A stretch of 20,000 nt of DNA from an uncultured virus (IMG/VR IMGVR_UViG_3300030330_003102) (taxonomy: Duplodnaviria; Heunggongvirae; Uroviricota; Caudoviricetes), in IMG/VR virus record IMGVR_UViG_3300030330_003102; one strand, given 5' to 3'. The notes beneath the pieces are model-generated. The model made no database searches. It was given only the letters and a program-made list of their open reading frames with translations, and was not told where the DNA came from. A program made the position numbers and the translations under genes. Numbering within the stretch: the first letter of the stretch is position 1; the number at the start of each line of letters is the position of its first letter. Positions 6,327 to 14,713 of this stretch are shown in pieces.

Positions 6327-6815
6327 ATGAGTACCGGAGACATGAAAAGAGACAAGTGGTGGAGGAGGAAGATAGCAAACAGGACTATCTCATTTGAGGA
6401 CAGCGCAGGGCTACTACCTATGGCCGAAGGCGGTTGGGCAGAGCGACGCTGTGTGCTTGACGACCCAAGCATAACCTGCGTAGATAGGAGGACTTTGGTT
6501 GCTCCTAAGTGCAAGTGTAAGAGTACACGCGGAAGAAAAATGAAACTATTACTTTCACCGGAAACTTATTTTCGCCAGTTCATCGCAACAGGCTCATGGG
6601 TACAAATCCGTAGGGTACAGGGATGGCTCTGTACCAACTGTGGTCGTATCGAGGAGCATGGTTGGGGCAGAGTGGGCGTAGTAGCGGCGCGTGGAAGGGT
6701 CACGGATATGCTCTACGAGAATGCGAGTTTGGTTCCCGACGAGTTGGCTCACCTGATACCGGAGGACGCTGACGAGTGGTTCAATCTCAACCCTATGGAG
6801 ACACAGAATGAGTAA
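6327..6815 (+). CDS. Hypothetical zinc-ribbon protein, 162 aa
   Basis: ATG 6327 follows an AAGGTGA Shine-Dalgarno; CKC...CTNCG motifs. Confidence 0.75.
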   Translation: MSTGDMKRDKWWRRKIANRTISFEDSAGLLPMAEGGWAERRCVLDDPSITCVDRRTLVAPKCKCKSTRGRKMKLLLSPETYFRQFIATGSWVQIRRVQGWLCTNCGRIEEHGWGRVGVVAARGRVTDMLYENASLVPDELAHLIPEDADEWFNLNPMETQNE

Positions 6816-6927
6816 TCGTTGTTCAAATCCGTCGCACGGACGCTTGGTCGGAGAGGGCCGATGTAGAATCTGCGACGCTTCCGAAGCACGAAAGAAAACT
6901 ATAAAAATAAAGGACGAGGAGGAGTAA
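6808..6927 (+). CDS. 39-aa putative zinc-binding microprotein (absent from the ORF track)
   Basis: MSNRCSNPSHGRLVGEGRCRICDASEARKKTIKIKDEEE; overlaps the previous stop, has GGAG upstream and a Cx4H...CxxC pattern. Confidence 0.5.
   Translation: MSNRCSNPSHGRLVGEGRCRICDASEARKKTIKIKDEEE
6874..6906 (+). promoter_or_regulatory. Class II promoter motif GACGCTTCCGAAGCAC plus TATA
   Basis: 56 nt before ATG 6930; CTATAAAA at 6899-6906. Confidence 0.8.
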
Positions 6928-6929
6928 AT

Positions 6930-7610
6930 ATGACGAACGAATGGAGCCACTATGTAGGCGACCCCTGCTATGTGATAGACGATGACCGATGGAGCGACTT
7001 CTGTGATGCTCTATGGGCTGAACAACACCGAAGAAAGACGGAGTTTGAGGAGAGAACAGGAAAGGAAATCAGCGCCTACTCCTTTTACCCCGTCATCTTA
7101 GACTGGGAATACAAGGACGAGGACGGCGACACTAACATAGCCGAAGTCGAGGTACATAACAGTCCCTTTGGCGACGGCTGTTGGGGCTTCGGTGACACCG
7201 TGAGAGGTATGACAGGATGGGTGGCCGGAACGGAGTTGGGCGTTGATGCCGGACTCCTTGCCGTCGTGCCAAGAGAAGCCGTAGAGCGAGATAACATGGG
7301 TGATGCTGAACACTTAGGCATCCTGTTTAACTGCTATCCCGACCTTGAAACCGGAGAAAACTTGGCCGGTCATGTTCTGTTAGATGGGTTTCATCCTGAC
7401 GGCTACATGGAATGCGACGACTGTGGCGAGGCCACAGACGAAGGCAATATGTGTTGGTGTGACAATTGTGGAGCATCCTCTTGTTCCTCCTGTTGGGGTT
7501 CCTGTGGTTGCTCTGAGTGTGAGGACTGTGGTAGTTACTACGAAGAAAGATACAGTCACTACGACTATATATGCAACGACTGTGGAGAACTAAGAGAGGA
7601 GGAGGAGTAA
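6930..7610 (+). CDS. Acidic phage protein (YVGDPCYV...GDG...GVDAG motifs) with a Cys-rich C-terminal tail, 226 aa
   Basis: The N-terminal motifs resemble a widespread uncharacterised phage family (DUF4241-like; recalled, not searched). The tail has CDDC, CWCDNC, CSSCWGSCGCSECEDC and CNDC. Confidence 0.8.
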   Translation: MTNEWSHYVGDPCYVIDDDRWSDFCDALWAEQHRRKTEFEERTGKEISAYSFYPVILDWEYKDEDGDTNIAEVEVHNSPFGDGCWGFGDTVRGMTGWVAGTELGVDAGLLAVVPREAVERDNMGDAEHLGILFNCYPDLETGENLAGHVLLDGFHPDGYMECDDCGEATDEGNMCWCDNCGASSCSSCWGSCGCSECEDCGSYYEERYSHYDYICNDCGELREEEE

Positions 7611-7612
7611 GC

Positions 7613-7843
7613 ATGGGTTGGGAGGTACTAATTAACGACTCATGGAGGTTTAGGTTTTCCTTTTTCTGTAATACTATTGACCGAGCCTTTGGTGATGTTT
7701 TCTACCTTGACTGTGGGAGTATTGAGGAATTTTATGAGGTATGGGCAGAATTGAGCCTACCCGACCCAAGACGCATGACCGCTGACGAAAGGTGGGAAGC
7801 GATAGAAAAAATGCGTGCGTACATAGAGGGGGAAGAAGAATGA
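7613..7843 (+). CDS. Hypothetical protein, 76 aa
   Basis: ATG 7613 follows a GAGGAGGAG Shine-Dalgarno and the previous stop. Confidence 0.75.
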   Translation: MGWEVLINDSWRFRFSFFCNTIDRAFGDVFYLDCGSIEEFYEVWAELSLPDPRRMTADERWEAIEKMRAYIEGEEE

Positions 7844-8133
7844 GTGATAAGGAGTACCTTAACGACCACTACCACGACCGACTCCATGAGGAGGCTATCG
7901 CTACCTGCGAGCATGAGGACTACACAATCACTAGCATAGACAATGTAAGGACTCACGACCTGAGAGGACACAAGATGAAAGAGCCTGTGGTCGAGGTCGA
8001 AGTGACCTGTGACTTTTGCGGTAAAACTAACTATGGCGAACTACCCCTTGAACAAGTGCTTGACCTTCTCAACAACTTTCTATATGACTATCGGCTGAAC
8101 TGCACAATCCAAGACGACGGAGCGTGGGGCTAA
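7840..8133 (+). CDS. Hypothetical zinc-ribbon protein, 97 aa
   Basis: ATGA overlap at 7840; CEH...CDFCG. Confidence 0.75.
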   Translation: MSDKEYLNDHYHDRLHEEAIATCEHEDYTITSIDNVRTHDLRGHKMKEPVVEVEVTCDFCGKTNYGELPLEQVLDLLNNFLYDYRLNCTIQDDGAWG

Positions 8134-8234
8134 TGGCGACCAAGAGGCAAAGAGCAGCGCAACGGTGGCGCTACAATCAGAAGTATAAATCGAGAGTCAA
8201 ATCCGGTGAGAAGAATAGCCGTAAAAGTAAGTGA
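8133..8234 (+). CDS. 33-aa highly basic peptide (absent from the ORF track)
   Basis: TAATG overlap; MATKRQRAAQRWRYNQKYKSRVKSGEKNSRKSK. Confidence 0.5.
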   Translation: MATKRQRAAQRWRYNQKYKSRVKSGEKNSRKSK

Positions 8235-8239
8235 GTAAT

Positions 8240-8273
8240 AACGCTTGCGACACAGGAACGAAAACCCTAAAAG
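8240..8273 (+). promoter_or_regulatory. Class II promoter motif AACGCTTGCGACACAG plus TATA
   Basis: 55 nt before ATG 8295. Confidence 0.8.
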
Positions 8274-8294
8274 CAAACACCTCTAGGACTAATT

Positions 8295-8516
8295 ATGAGA
8301 AGGAGCATGAAACAGACGCTACACTTTGCTGATTGTAAGAGATGTGGTATCGCTGAATGGATAACCGTAAATGGAAGTATAATCGGAGACATACGCTTTG
8401 AAGGCCAAAAGTATGAGCCGGAAGAAATATGCACAGAGTGTGCGTCAGAGTTGATAGACAAAATAGTAAATAGATGGATGACAAATAGAGGATATACAGA
8501 GGAGGACAGAGAATGA
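8295..8516 (+). CDS. Small zinc-ribbon protein, 73 aa
   Basis: CKRC...CTEC; has a class II promoter. Confidence 0.75.
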   Translation: MRRSMKQTLHFADCKRCGIAEWITVNGSIIGDIRFEGQKYEPEEICTECASELIDKIVNRWMTNRGYTEEDRE

Positions 8517-8755
8517 GTAAATTATCAGGAGCAATCCAACGACTACAAGACCTACAAGACGAACTACAACAGTTAGAAGAAACACGCGACGCTATCTATG
8601 TGGCGTTAGACGCGATAGAAAACGCCGACTGTGCTTTCAGTAGCACCGGACTCGGTCAAGACCTGTCGCATCATGCGTCAATGGAGATAGAAGAATCTCT
8701 CTGCATGGTTGATGAACGAATCGAGGAAATAGAAGGGGCGGCTGAACAACTATGA
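8513..8755 (+). CDS. Acidic coiled-coil protein, 80 aa
   Basis: ATGA overlap; heptad-like LQDLQDELQQL. Confidence 0.75.
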   Translation: MSKLSGAIQRLQDLQDELQQLEETRDAIYVALDAIENADCAFSSTGLGQDLSHHASMEIEESLCMVDERIEEIEGAAEQL

Positions 8756-8979
8756 GAGCAAAGACCGTTCCTCATGTTGAATACGAAATCTTCAATCTGA
8801 TACTTGACGAGATAGATATTTCTATGCTAAAAGAACAGATGTGTCCGACGGGAGATGATGTCGCACTTACTCGCTTTGAGAAGGGCGCGGCATCGGCGGC
8901 ACAACTGATACAGAATCTAATCGAGAGGCGTAAGCACAGGCTACCTCACGACCACTTGGACTACGAGGTGAAGGAATGA
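8752..8979 (+). CDS. Hypothetical protein, 75 aa
   Basis: ATGA overlaps at both ends. Confidence 0.75.
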   Translation: MRAKTVPHVEYEIFNLILDEIDISMLKEQMCPTGDDVALTRFEKGAASAAQLIQNLIERRKHRLPHDHLDYEVKE

Positions 8980-9245
8980 CTAAGCACGAAGGAATGATGA
9001 AGCACATCTCACGCGGCAGACGCAACAATCGGGGGAGACTAGTCTTCGACAGAATCTGTGGTACTCCTGTCTCTGAAAAGGGCGAGTATGTATCTGATGA
9101 GGAGTGGAGCAAATTACCTGAGTGTCCTGAATGTTTTGGTAAAAATAACTTCACGCTTGCACCACAAGAACCCAAAGTAGATAAGTGTGAAGCACAACCG
9201 AAAATCATAACACAGGGTCTGTACCTGCGACAATACTTGGAGTGA
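8976..9245 (+). CDS. Hypothetical protein, 89 aa, possibly zinc-binding
   Basis: GAGGTGA Shine-Dalgarno and ATGA overlap; H...CG...CPEC. Confidence 0.7.
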   Translation: MTKHEGMMKHISRGRRNNRGRLVFDRICGTPVSEKGEYVSDEEWSKLPECPECFGKNNFTLAPQEPKVDKCEAQPKIITQGLYLRQYLE

Positions 9246-9249
9246 AAAA

Positions 9250-9444
9250 ATGTACAAAAAAGAATGGATAGAATACTACGAGTTCCTTGAGATGCTAAGG
9301 CAATCGGGAGCAACGAATATGTTTGGTGCGGCTCCGTATCTTGAAAAACACATGGGTCTTGATAGGAAAGAGGCACGCGCCGTGTTAAACTCATGGATGG
9401 AGAACTACGACGCACTATTAGAGGACGGGGTGATAGTACGGTGA
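9250..9444 (+). CDS. Small conserved phage protein with LRQSGATNMFGA motif (DUF5049-like), 64 aa
   Basis: The LRxSGxTNMF motif is recalled from phage hypothetical proteins; GGAGTGA Shine-Dalgarno upstream. Confidence 0.75.
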   Translation: MYKKEWIEYYEFLEMLRQSGATNMFGAAPYLEKHMGLDRKEARAVLNSWMENYDALLEDGVIVR

Positions 9445-9764
9445 CTAGAAGAAAGTATCGCGCAATCAAGGGCTTCACAGTCAAGGGTTGGTGGCAGTTG
9501 GCTAGTGCGGCCCGCTACCTACAAGATGTCGGGGAAGCGACTTCACGCGAAATCGTAGAACACGCAAGAGCGAAAAATGGTTCACGGTTGGGTTTGACGG
9601 TAATGGAGATGTCGTCCCGTATGGCTAAACACAACTCGTTTAAGAGCAGAAAGGTGGACAGAAACAAAGCAACTCCTGTCAGGTGGTCACTAGCCAACGA
9701 CAACATTTTCTTAGAGAATCCTAACGATAAAAATACTCGCGTAAAGAAGGAGTGGAAAGAATGA
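9441..9764 (+). CDS. Basic winged-helix-like protein, 107 aa
   Basis: GTGA overlap with a GGGGTGA Shine-Dalgarno; YLQDVGEATSREIVE helix pattern and a terminal RWSL strand. Confidence 0.65.
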   Translation: MTRRKYRAIKGFTVKGWWQLASAARYLQDVGEATSREIVEHARAKNGSRLGLTVMEMSSRMAKHNSFKSRKVDRNKATPVRWSLANDNIFLENPNDKNTRVKKEWKE

Positions 9765-9964
9765 GTGATACAAAGTGGATATTGTTCGCCAAGAGGTCAT
9801 CGAGAGATAACTGCATAGGTAAAGGTAGAATCCTTGACTGTCGGCTAAATAAAAGAGGAGTGGAGTTTGTGGAAGGGTTTTTGTTGGAAATAGACATGAC
9901 GCTAGACGGTGTTAGGTTTGCCGGTACTTTAGCACCAGTATGCAAACAGGATGAGGAGGAGTAG
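9761..9964 (+). CDS. Hypothetical protein, 67 aa
   Basis: ATGA overlap at 9761 with a GGAG Shine-Dalgarno. Confidence 0.65.
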   Translation: MSDTKWILFAKRSSRDNCIGKGRILDCRLNKRGVEFVEGFLLEIDMTLDGVRFAGTLAPVCKQDEEE

Positions 9965-9965
9965 T

Positions 9966-10220
9966 ATGAGCAGACCAATAACAGTCTTAGAACTGTCAGA
10001 GGCGTTAGATAAAATGCTACAAGAAGGAAAGGGTGACTACCCTATCTGCGTTGCTTTCCGTTGGAAGGGCGACACCGTTATGTCCGACATCACATCATGG
10101 TGTCTTAACGGTAATAGTATTCAACTAAACGAGGAGGACTTTATGCGCCATGCGACACTCTTGAATGAGTTAGGGTATGATACAAGCGTCATAAGCGGAA
10201 TACCTACAAAGGATAGGTAA
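9966..10220 (+). CDS. Hypothetical protein, 84 aa
   Basis: ATG 9966 after GAGGAGGAG; N-terminus ITVLELSEAL...GDYPI. Confidence 0.7.
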   Translation: MSRPITVLELSEALDKMLQEGKGDYPICVAFRWKGDTVMSDITSWCLNGNSIQLNEEDFMRHATLLNELGYDTSVISGIPTKDR

Positions 10221-10225
10221 GACAA

Positions 10226-10327
10226 ATGAAAACTTGTAGCGTGTGTAGGGGCCGAGGATTCACAGTAGTTTCTGCCGCTTGCGGAGAGAAAGAAATCGAA
10301 CAATGTATGTGGTGTAAGTATGAGTAA
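10226..10327 (+). CDS. 33-aa zinc-finger microprotein (absent from the ORF track)
   Basis: MKTCSVCRGRGFTVVSAACGEKEIEQCMWCKYE; CxxCxGxG...CxxC; fills the gap between genes. Confidence 0.6.
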   Translation: MKTCSVCRGRGFTVVSAACGEKEIEQCMWCKYE

Positions 10328-10556
10328 GTTTGAGGAAAAAGTAATAGAAAAAATCATGGAGCGAGCCAAAGTAGGCGAAGGCAAATACGGCGTCACGATG
10401 GAAAGGAAAGACCTCAGTATCGTTGAGTGGTTGGTTCATCTCCAAGAGGAACTGATGGATGCCGCCGTCTATGTAGAGCGTCTGATAGCAGACTGTTCAT
10501 GTCACATACACGGCACAGAACCGGAACAGGGATGTCCTTACTGCCGACGCTTGTGA
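10320..10556 (+). CDS. Small MazG-like / all-alpha NTP pyrophosphohydrolase-like protein, 78 aa
   Basis: R..VG..KYGVT..R.DL...WL.HLQEELMDAAVY contains the EExxD acidic motif; C-terminal CSCHIH...CPYC. Confidence 0.6.
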   Translation: MSKFEEKVIEKIMERAKVGEGKYGVTMERKDLSIVEWLVHLQEELMDAAVYVERLIADCSCHIHGTEPEQGCPYCRRL

Positions 10557-10579
10557 GGCACAACCGAATACTTTAAGTG
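10546..10579 (+). promoter_or_regulatory. Class II promoter motif GACGCTTGTGAGGCAC plus TATA
   Basis: 55 nt before ATG 10601; TTTAAGTG at 10572-10579. Confidence 0.85.
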
Positions 10580-10600
10580 TGGTATAACCCTCGGAGATAT

Positions 10601-10855
10601 ATGAGACACAAGAGAATAAGAAGGACTCTACTACAAACCCTGCGGGAAAATCCCGAAGGGTTGACAGCAATTCAAATCATGGACAAACTCGACAAGAAGA
10701 AAAGGGCTAAGGTTAGTAATGCAAAACATATCGGCGTTCTACTTCGTGGTCTGAAAGGAGTAAAGAAAATGAGAGAGGTGGATATTCATAGCGATGTGTA
10801 TAGGTACAAAGTCAATGTTTATTATTACGATGAAAATGAAGGAGCAGAAATATGA
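10601..10855 (+). CDS. Basic winged-helix-like protein, 84 aa
   Basis: Start at ATG 10601 by promoter spacing; LLQTLRENPEGLTAIQIMDKL. Confidence 0.75.
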   Translation: MRHKRIRRTLLQTLRENPEGLTAIQIMDKLDKKKRAKVSNAKHIGVLLRGLKGVKKMREVDIHSDVYRYKVNVYYYDENEGAEI

Positions 10856-11112
10856 AGAAGTACAGAGACTACTTAGATGAAAAAGAGAGAGAAGCGGCAG
10901 AGCCTAAGAAGGTGTTTCCCTACACAGAAAACGATGAAGTGAATCATCTAAGGCAACTGGTCGAGGATATGACTAGATGGATGAGTATAGGTTCCTACGG
11001 TCAAAAGACACCGCAGAACATGGTGAGAGAGTTCAAGGAGACGATGAGTAAGGCTAACACCATCGTGAGACAGAATAAGTGGCAGAGGGAAAACAATGGA
11101 AACATTCGTTGA
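10852..11112 (+). CDS. Hypothetical protein, 86 aa
   Basis: ATGA overlap and GGAG Shine-Dalgarno. Confidence 0.75.
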   Translation: MKKYRDYLDEKEREAAEPKKVFPYTENDEVNHLRQLVEDMTRWMSIGSYGQKTPQNMVREFKETMSKANTIVRQNKWQRENNGNIR

Positions 11113-11968
11113 GATAACACCTAAAGAAACCGAGGTGACATACGCCTATGAATATCAAGACATAAAATACAAAACCAAACTACAGCCTGAGATAAGACTT
11201 TTTGACGGTAAAAATAACTACACAATCACGGATAGATACATTCTCTATCGCTTCCTTAGATGCCTAGACCCCGAACTTAGGTATCTTGATATGATGCTAA
11301 CCATCTATGATATGGGAATTGATGAGCGACCAAGTTTAGCCGACATCATACAGGGATATTTGTATAATACTAATACGGAAAAAGTAAGTATGTGGGTAGA
11401 TGGTGAAAAAATTGTTTTAGTAGAAGATGACAACAACACTTACAGTAAATATTTCCAGACCACTATGGACTACATAGGTGCTAACTTCCTACCGGACTAT
11501 GTTCGTTCCATGCGCTACATGAAGGCAGGTAACAAGGACAGAAAGTTTCCCGTAATGGTGTTCACCAAAGTAAAGGCTCTCGGTAGAATCAAGATAGAAA
11601 TAATATCCTACAATCAAAAGACTTTCATAGCCGGAAGATACAGACCACACACACAACAGACAGCAGATACAGGCAAGACCTTTTGGGTTCAACCAAGACC
11701 CGTAGGGTTCTGCCCCCGTTGGGCGCACCTGATACCACATACTGCCCTCAAGGTAATGCTAGACGACTTCCGTGTGCTTGAGAAGATGGGTGAATTAACT
11801 AAGGGTAGCACATTGGTTGGTGGCGGTGGAGCATCAGACCGACTAGATAGATGGAACGAAAGAAATAATTTAGAAGCAGAAAATATGCATAGGTTTGACC
11901 GTAAAACTATTGACGAACTCAAGTATTACGCAGATATTTGGGATTCTTTCAGTTTTGAGGAGGAGTAG
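11096..11968 (+). CDS. Hypothetical protein, 290 aa
   Basis: Long ORF; no motif recognised. Confidence 0.85.
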   Translation: METFVEITPKETEVTYAYEYQDIKYKTKLQPEIRLFDGKNNYTITDRYILYRFLRCLDPELRYLDMMLTIYDMGIDERPSLADIIQGYLYNTNTEKVSMWVDGEKIVLVEDDNNTYSKYFQTTMDYIGANFLPDYVRSMRYMKAGNKDRKFPVMVFTKVKALGRIKIEIISYNQKTFIAGRYRPHTQQTADTGKTFWVQPRPVGFCPRWAHLIPHTALKVMLDDFRVLEKMGELTKGSTLVGGGGASDRLDRWNERNNLEAENMHRFDRKTIDELKYYADIWDSFSFEEE

Positions 11969-12116
11969 AAAAATAATAAATCGTGGTACTGCTCCCCACT
12001 TTTCTAATTCTTCAATTACTTCAAAGGTAGTTAAGTTAAGGTAAGGTATCTAAAATACCTATGAAGAAATAGAATAAATAAACAATAGGCTCGCAGTACA
12101 GCGTTTTATTATTTTT
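11969..12116. repeat. 148-bp AT-rich nested inverted repeat
   Basis: Outer arms 11969-11992 and 12093-12116 match at 21/24. Inner arms TTCTAATTCTTCA (12002-12014) and TGAAGAAATAGAA (12062-12074) match at 12/13. A small AGGTAT/ATACCT hairpin lies inside. Confidence 0.8.
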
Positions 12117-12149
12117 ACGCTTGTGTCACAGAATGAAAACAATTAAATG
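12116..12149 (+). promoter_or_regulatory. Class II promoter motif TACGCTTGTGTCACAG plus TATA
   Basis: 56 nt before ATG 12172; ATTAAATG at 12142-12149. Confidence 0.75.
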
Positions 12150-12171
12150 TGTAATAGAAGGAGGGAGAGAT

Positions 12172-12609
12172 ATGCCTAGAGCGCAGAATAAACGAATGCA
12201 ACACAGGCTCTATCTACGCTTAGTAGAGAAGGGGCCACAGAGTACACAAGACTTACTATTGTGGTACAACCACGAAAGACCACAGATGTCAAAGCACACT
12301 AAGGGCGCACAGCACGGTGCATCAGTACATGAGTTGGGTGGTTGCCTTTCATCGTGTATCTTGTTTGAAAAAATGGGTACAGTACCGAGAGAAAAGGTCG
12401 AGGCATTCATCGCACATAGCCAAGAGCCAAACAATCAAGGTAAGTTCTTTGAAACATTCTCTAGGCGTTCAGCATACGAGATAGCGGTATGGAAAGCGAG
12501 GCCGATGGATGAGGCAGTAGAAAGGGCCATAGCATCAAAAAGACCAATCAAAAAATACCCACACTTTCTACAAAAGGAAATCAACAAGAAGATAGGTGAT
12601 ACACAATGA
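12172..12609 (+). CDS. Basic winged-helix-like protein, 145 aa
   Basis: Start at ATG 12172; LVEKGPQSTQDLL...SVHELGGCLS...VWKA. Confidence 0.7.
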   Translation: MPRAQNKRMQHRLYLRLVEKGPQSTQDLLLWYNHERPQMSKHTKGAQHGASVHELGGCLSSCILFEKMGTVPREKVEAFIAHSQEPNNQGKFFETFSRRSAYEIAVWKARPMDEAVERAIASKRPIKKYPHFLQKEINKKIGDTQ

Positions 12610-13379
12610 AGGTCATAGACAGTAGAGGAGATACTGACTTCGTGTGGGAACGCGAAGTAGAAGTAGAGCCAACAACCCTTATCGCATACTATCAGAACGA
12701 ACAGGGCTTTGCCTCCTTCATCGCGGGCGCGAGCCTGATAGGAGATGGTGAGCCCGTGTGTAGCATCCTCTCAAAGTTGCACCAAGTAGAGCCAATGAAT
12801 ACAATCCCTGCCCCCACCTTCCCTGAATGGAGACTCTATGAACTCCGCAACGAAGATGGTCGTCGTTATTTTGTCTTAAGAATAAATCACGCATACATTC
12901 CCGCACCCAATCACACTAAGGCGTGGCTGTATAACTATCCTGTGTTCCGTGACATCGTGACCGTACTTTCTGAGAAGGGAGTGGATGAATTAGTTTATCT
13001 TACGGCAAATATAATGCAAGAATATATTTATCAAGAACAGGCACAGATACCCTCAGATGAATTACTTGTGTACGACTATGATGAAAAAGATGACTCGTTA
13101 TTTTTGACTGACGGTACAGACCTTGCTTACCAAGACCTTGACATACCTCCGCCTTCATGGATAGTGGCTGAGTGTTTTGAAAAGTTCAACACTAATCCCG
13201 TGCGTGGCAACTACATAGTCTTATGCGCAAATACCGCTACTACATTCATCAATGAGAGGGAAGCAGAAAGGTTGTTGCAGTTTCTTGAGGACACACACGC
13301 TCTGATGTACGACGAAAAGTATAAGGGCGAGTTGTTAGAGGTTCTGTATGACGCAGAGGCATCGCAGGTGGTAGAATGA
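12606..13379 (+). CDS. Divergent PAC2 (proteasome assembly chaperone)-like protein, 257 aa
   Basis: Ordered segments match the PAC2 pattern: PTTLIAY...GFASFIAGASLI, WRLYE, IVTVLSEKGVDELVYL, INEREAERLLQFLE. Judged by eye, so remote homology only. Confidence 0.55.
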   Translation: MKVIDSRGDTDFVWEREVEVEPTTLIAYYQNEQGFASFIAGASLIGDGEPVCSILSKLHQVEPMNTIPAPTFPEWRLYELRNEDGRRYFVLRINHAYIPAPNHTKAWLYNYPVFRDIVTVLSEKGVDELVYLTANIMQEYIYQEQAQIPSDELLVYDYDEKDDSLFLTDGTDLAYQDLDIPPPSWIVAECFEKFNTNPVRGNYIVLCANTATTFINEREAERLLQFLEDTHALMYDEKYKGELLEVLYDAEASQVVE

Positions 13380-14713
13380 CCTTCAACATTTTCGATAAAA
13401 CTATTGAGTTTGCGAGGAAAAATTACTTCGTGGAAGTAGAGGACAAAATCCCAATCTTCCTGTGTAGTATCGGAGGACACATCTTCAACTGCCTGAACAA
13501 GTGTAGTCGTTGCGACTTTGACCCTGACAGCCCGCTAGTGAACGAGGAGGAGGACTTTGTGATAGAGAATTGTCCGTTGAGACATGACAACATCCCGTTC
13601 TACACCCCGATGTCACAGTTGCCTGACACGCGCATACACATACTAATGAGAGGCGCAAAGGGTTCAGGTAAATCTGTCTTAATACTAATGTTCCTTGCAG
13701 AAGGAACAGGACTCGTTCATTCTCCTACTGCTGACTTAGGGCAGGGCTTCCGCACCATGATGGGCGCTAACTCTATCACAGAAGCAGGTATGTTCGGCTC
13801 GGTGGATGAAGAAGGGGAGATAGCGGGGCGACCTATCGCCCGTGAGATGTGTGGTGGCTTCCTCGGCTTTGAGGAGTTTTCTTCAATGTCGGATGCCTCT
13901 AAGAAAGACCACAGCCTAGACATGAAGAATCAATTACTTACCAGTTTAGATAACGGTAGGGTACAGAAGGCTCTACGGGCCGGATGGGTGAATTATACTA
14001 CTCGCTATACCGTATGGGCGGGAACACAGCCCGCAAGGTTTGAGTTGGACTCAGGGCTTGACCGTCGTTTCTTTATCATAGATATAGAGATGAACCCTGA
14101 AAAAGAGAGGCAGTACAAATTGGCTCAACACGCCCAAGCAAATATGAATAATGAGGAGAGAGTTAAATTGGCTAATCTTAATATCCAAATCAAAGACTGG
14201 ATAAGACAGAGAATGCACGCGGCTGTCTCTAACCCACCAACCGGCATCATTTTTGACGACGACATCATGGAGTGGATAGACAGACCTGATGTGCGTTCCT
14301 TTGAGGCCGACTTGTTCCGTCGTATGTGTATCGGGTACGCTATGATGCAACCCGACTATCAAGGTGGTGGTCCACTAATCATTAAACTTGATGATAGACT
14401 TAAGGCAATACTAAATCAATCACTTGCTATGAGAAGGAGAGTCATGGATGCAGATGTCGAACTGATACGCTCGGCGTTTTGGATGAAGGATGTTCCTAAG
14501 TCGCAACTACTCAAAGAGATAAGCCGCATGATAACATCCGGTGACTATCAAACAGCGAAGCGATGGTTGATAGAAAATCTTGAGGGGCAGGGTTGGTATC
14601 AAGAAGTAGAGCCAACTGTTAAAAGACGCGGGCGTAAAGGAGTAATATGCCGCTTTGGGCCTGTATCAGAAGCAAGCGCAGCAATTGACTGGGGTGATAA
14701 AAATGCCGAGTAA
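13376..14713 (+). CDS. MCM-like AAA+ ATPase (putative helicase) without the canonical N-terminal OB domain, 445 aa
   Basis: IHILMRGAKGSGKS (Walker A), GANSITEAGMFGSV, GGFLGFEEFSSM (Walker B variant), LLTSLDNGRVQKALRAG (presensor-1 hairpin), VWAGTQP (sensor 1), GLDRRFFII (Arg finger). Confidence 0.75.
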   Translation: MTFNIFDKTIEFARKNYFVEVEDKIPIFLCSIGGHIFNCLNKCSRCDFDPDSPLVNEEEDFVIENCPLRHDNIPFYTPMSQLPDTRIHILMRGAKGSGKSVLILMFLAEGTGLVHSPTADLGQGFRTMMGANSITEAGMFGSVDEEGEIAGRPIAREMCGGFLGFEEFSSMSDASKKDHSLDMKNQLLTSLDNGRVQKALRAGWVNYTTRYTVWAGTQPARFELDSGLDRRFFIIDIEMNPEKERQYKLAQHAQANMNNEERVKLANLNIQIKDWIRQRMHAAVSNPPTGIIFDDDIMEWIDRPDVRSFEADLFRRMCIGYAMMQPDYQGGGPLIIKLDDRLKAILNQSLAMRRRVMDADVELIRSAFWMKDVPKSQLLKEISRMITSGDYQTAKRWLIENLEGQGWYQEVEPTVKRRGRKGVICRFGPVSEASAAIDWGDKNAE

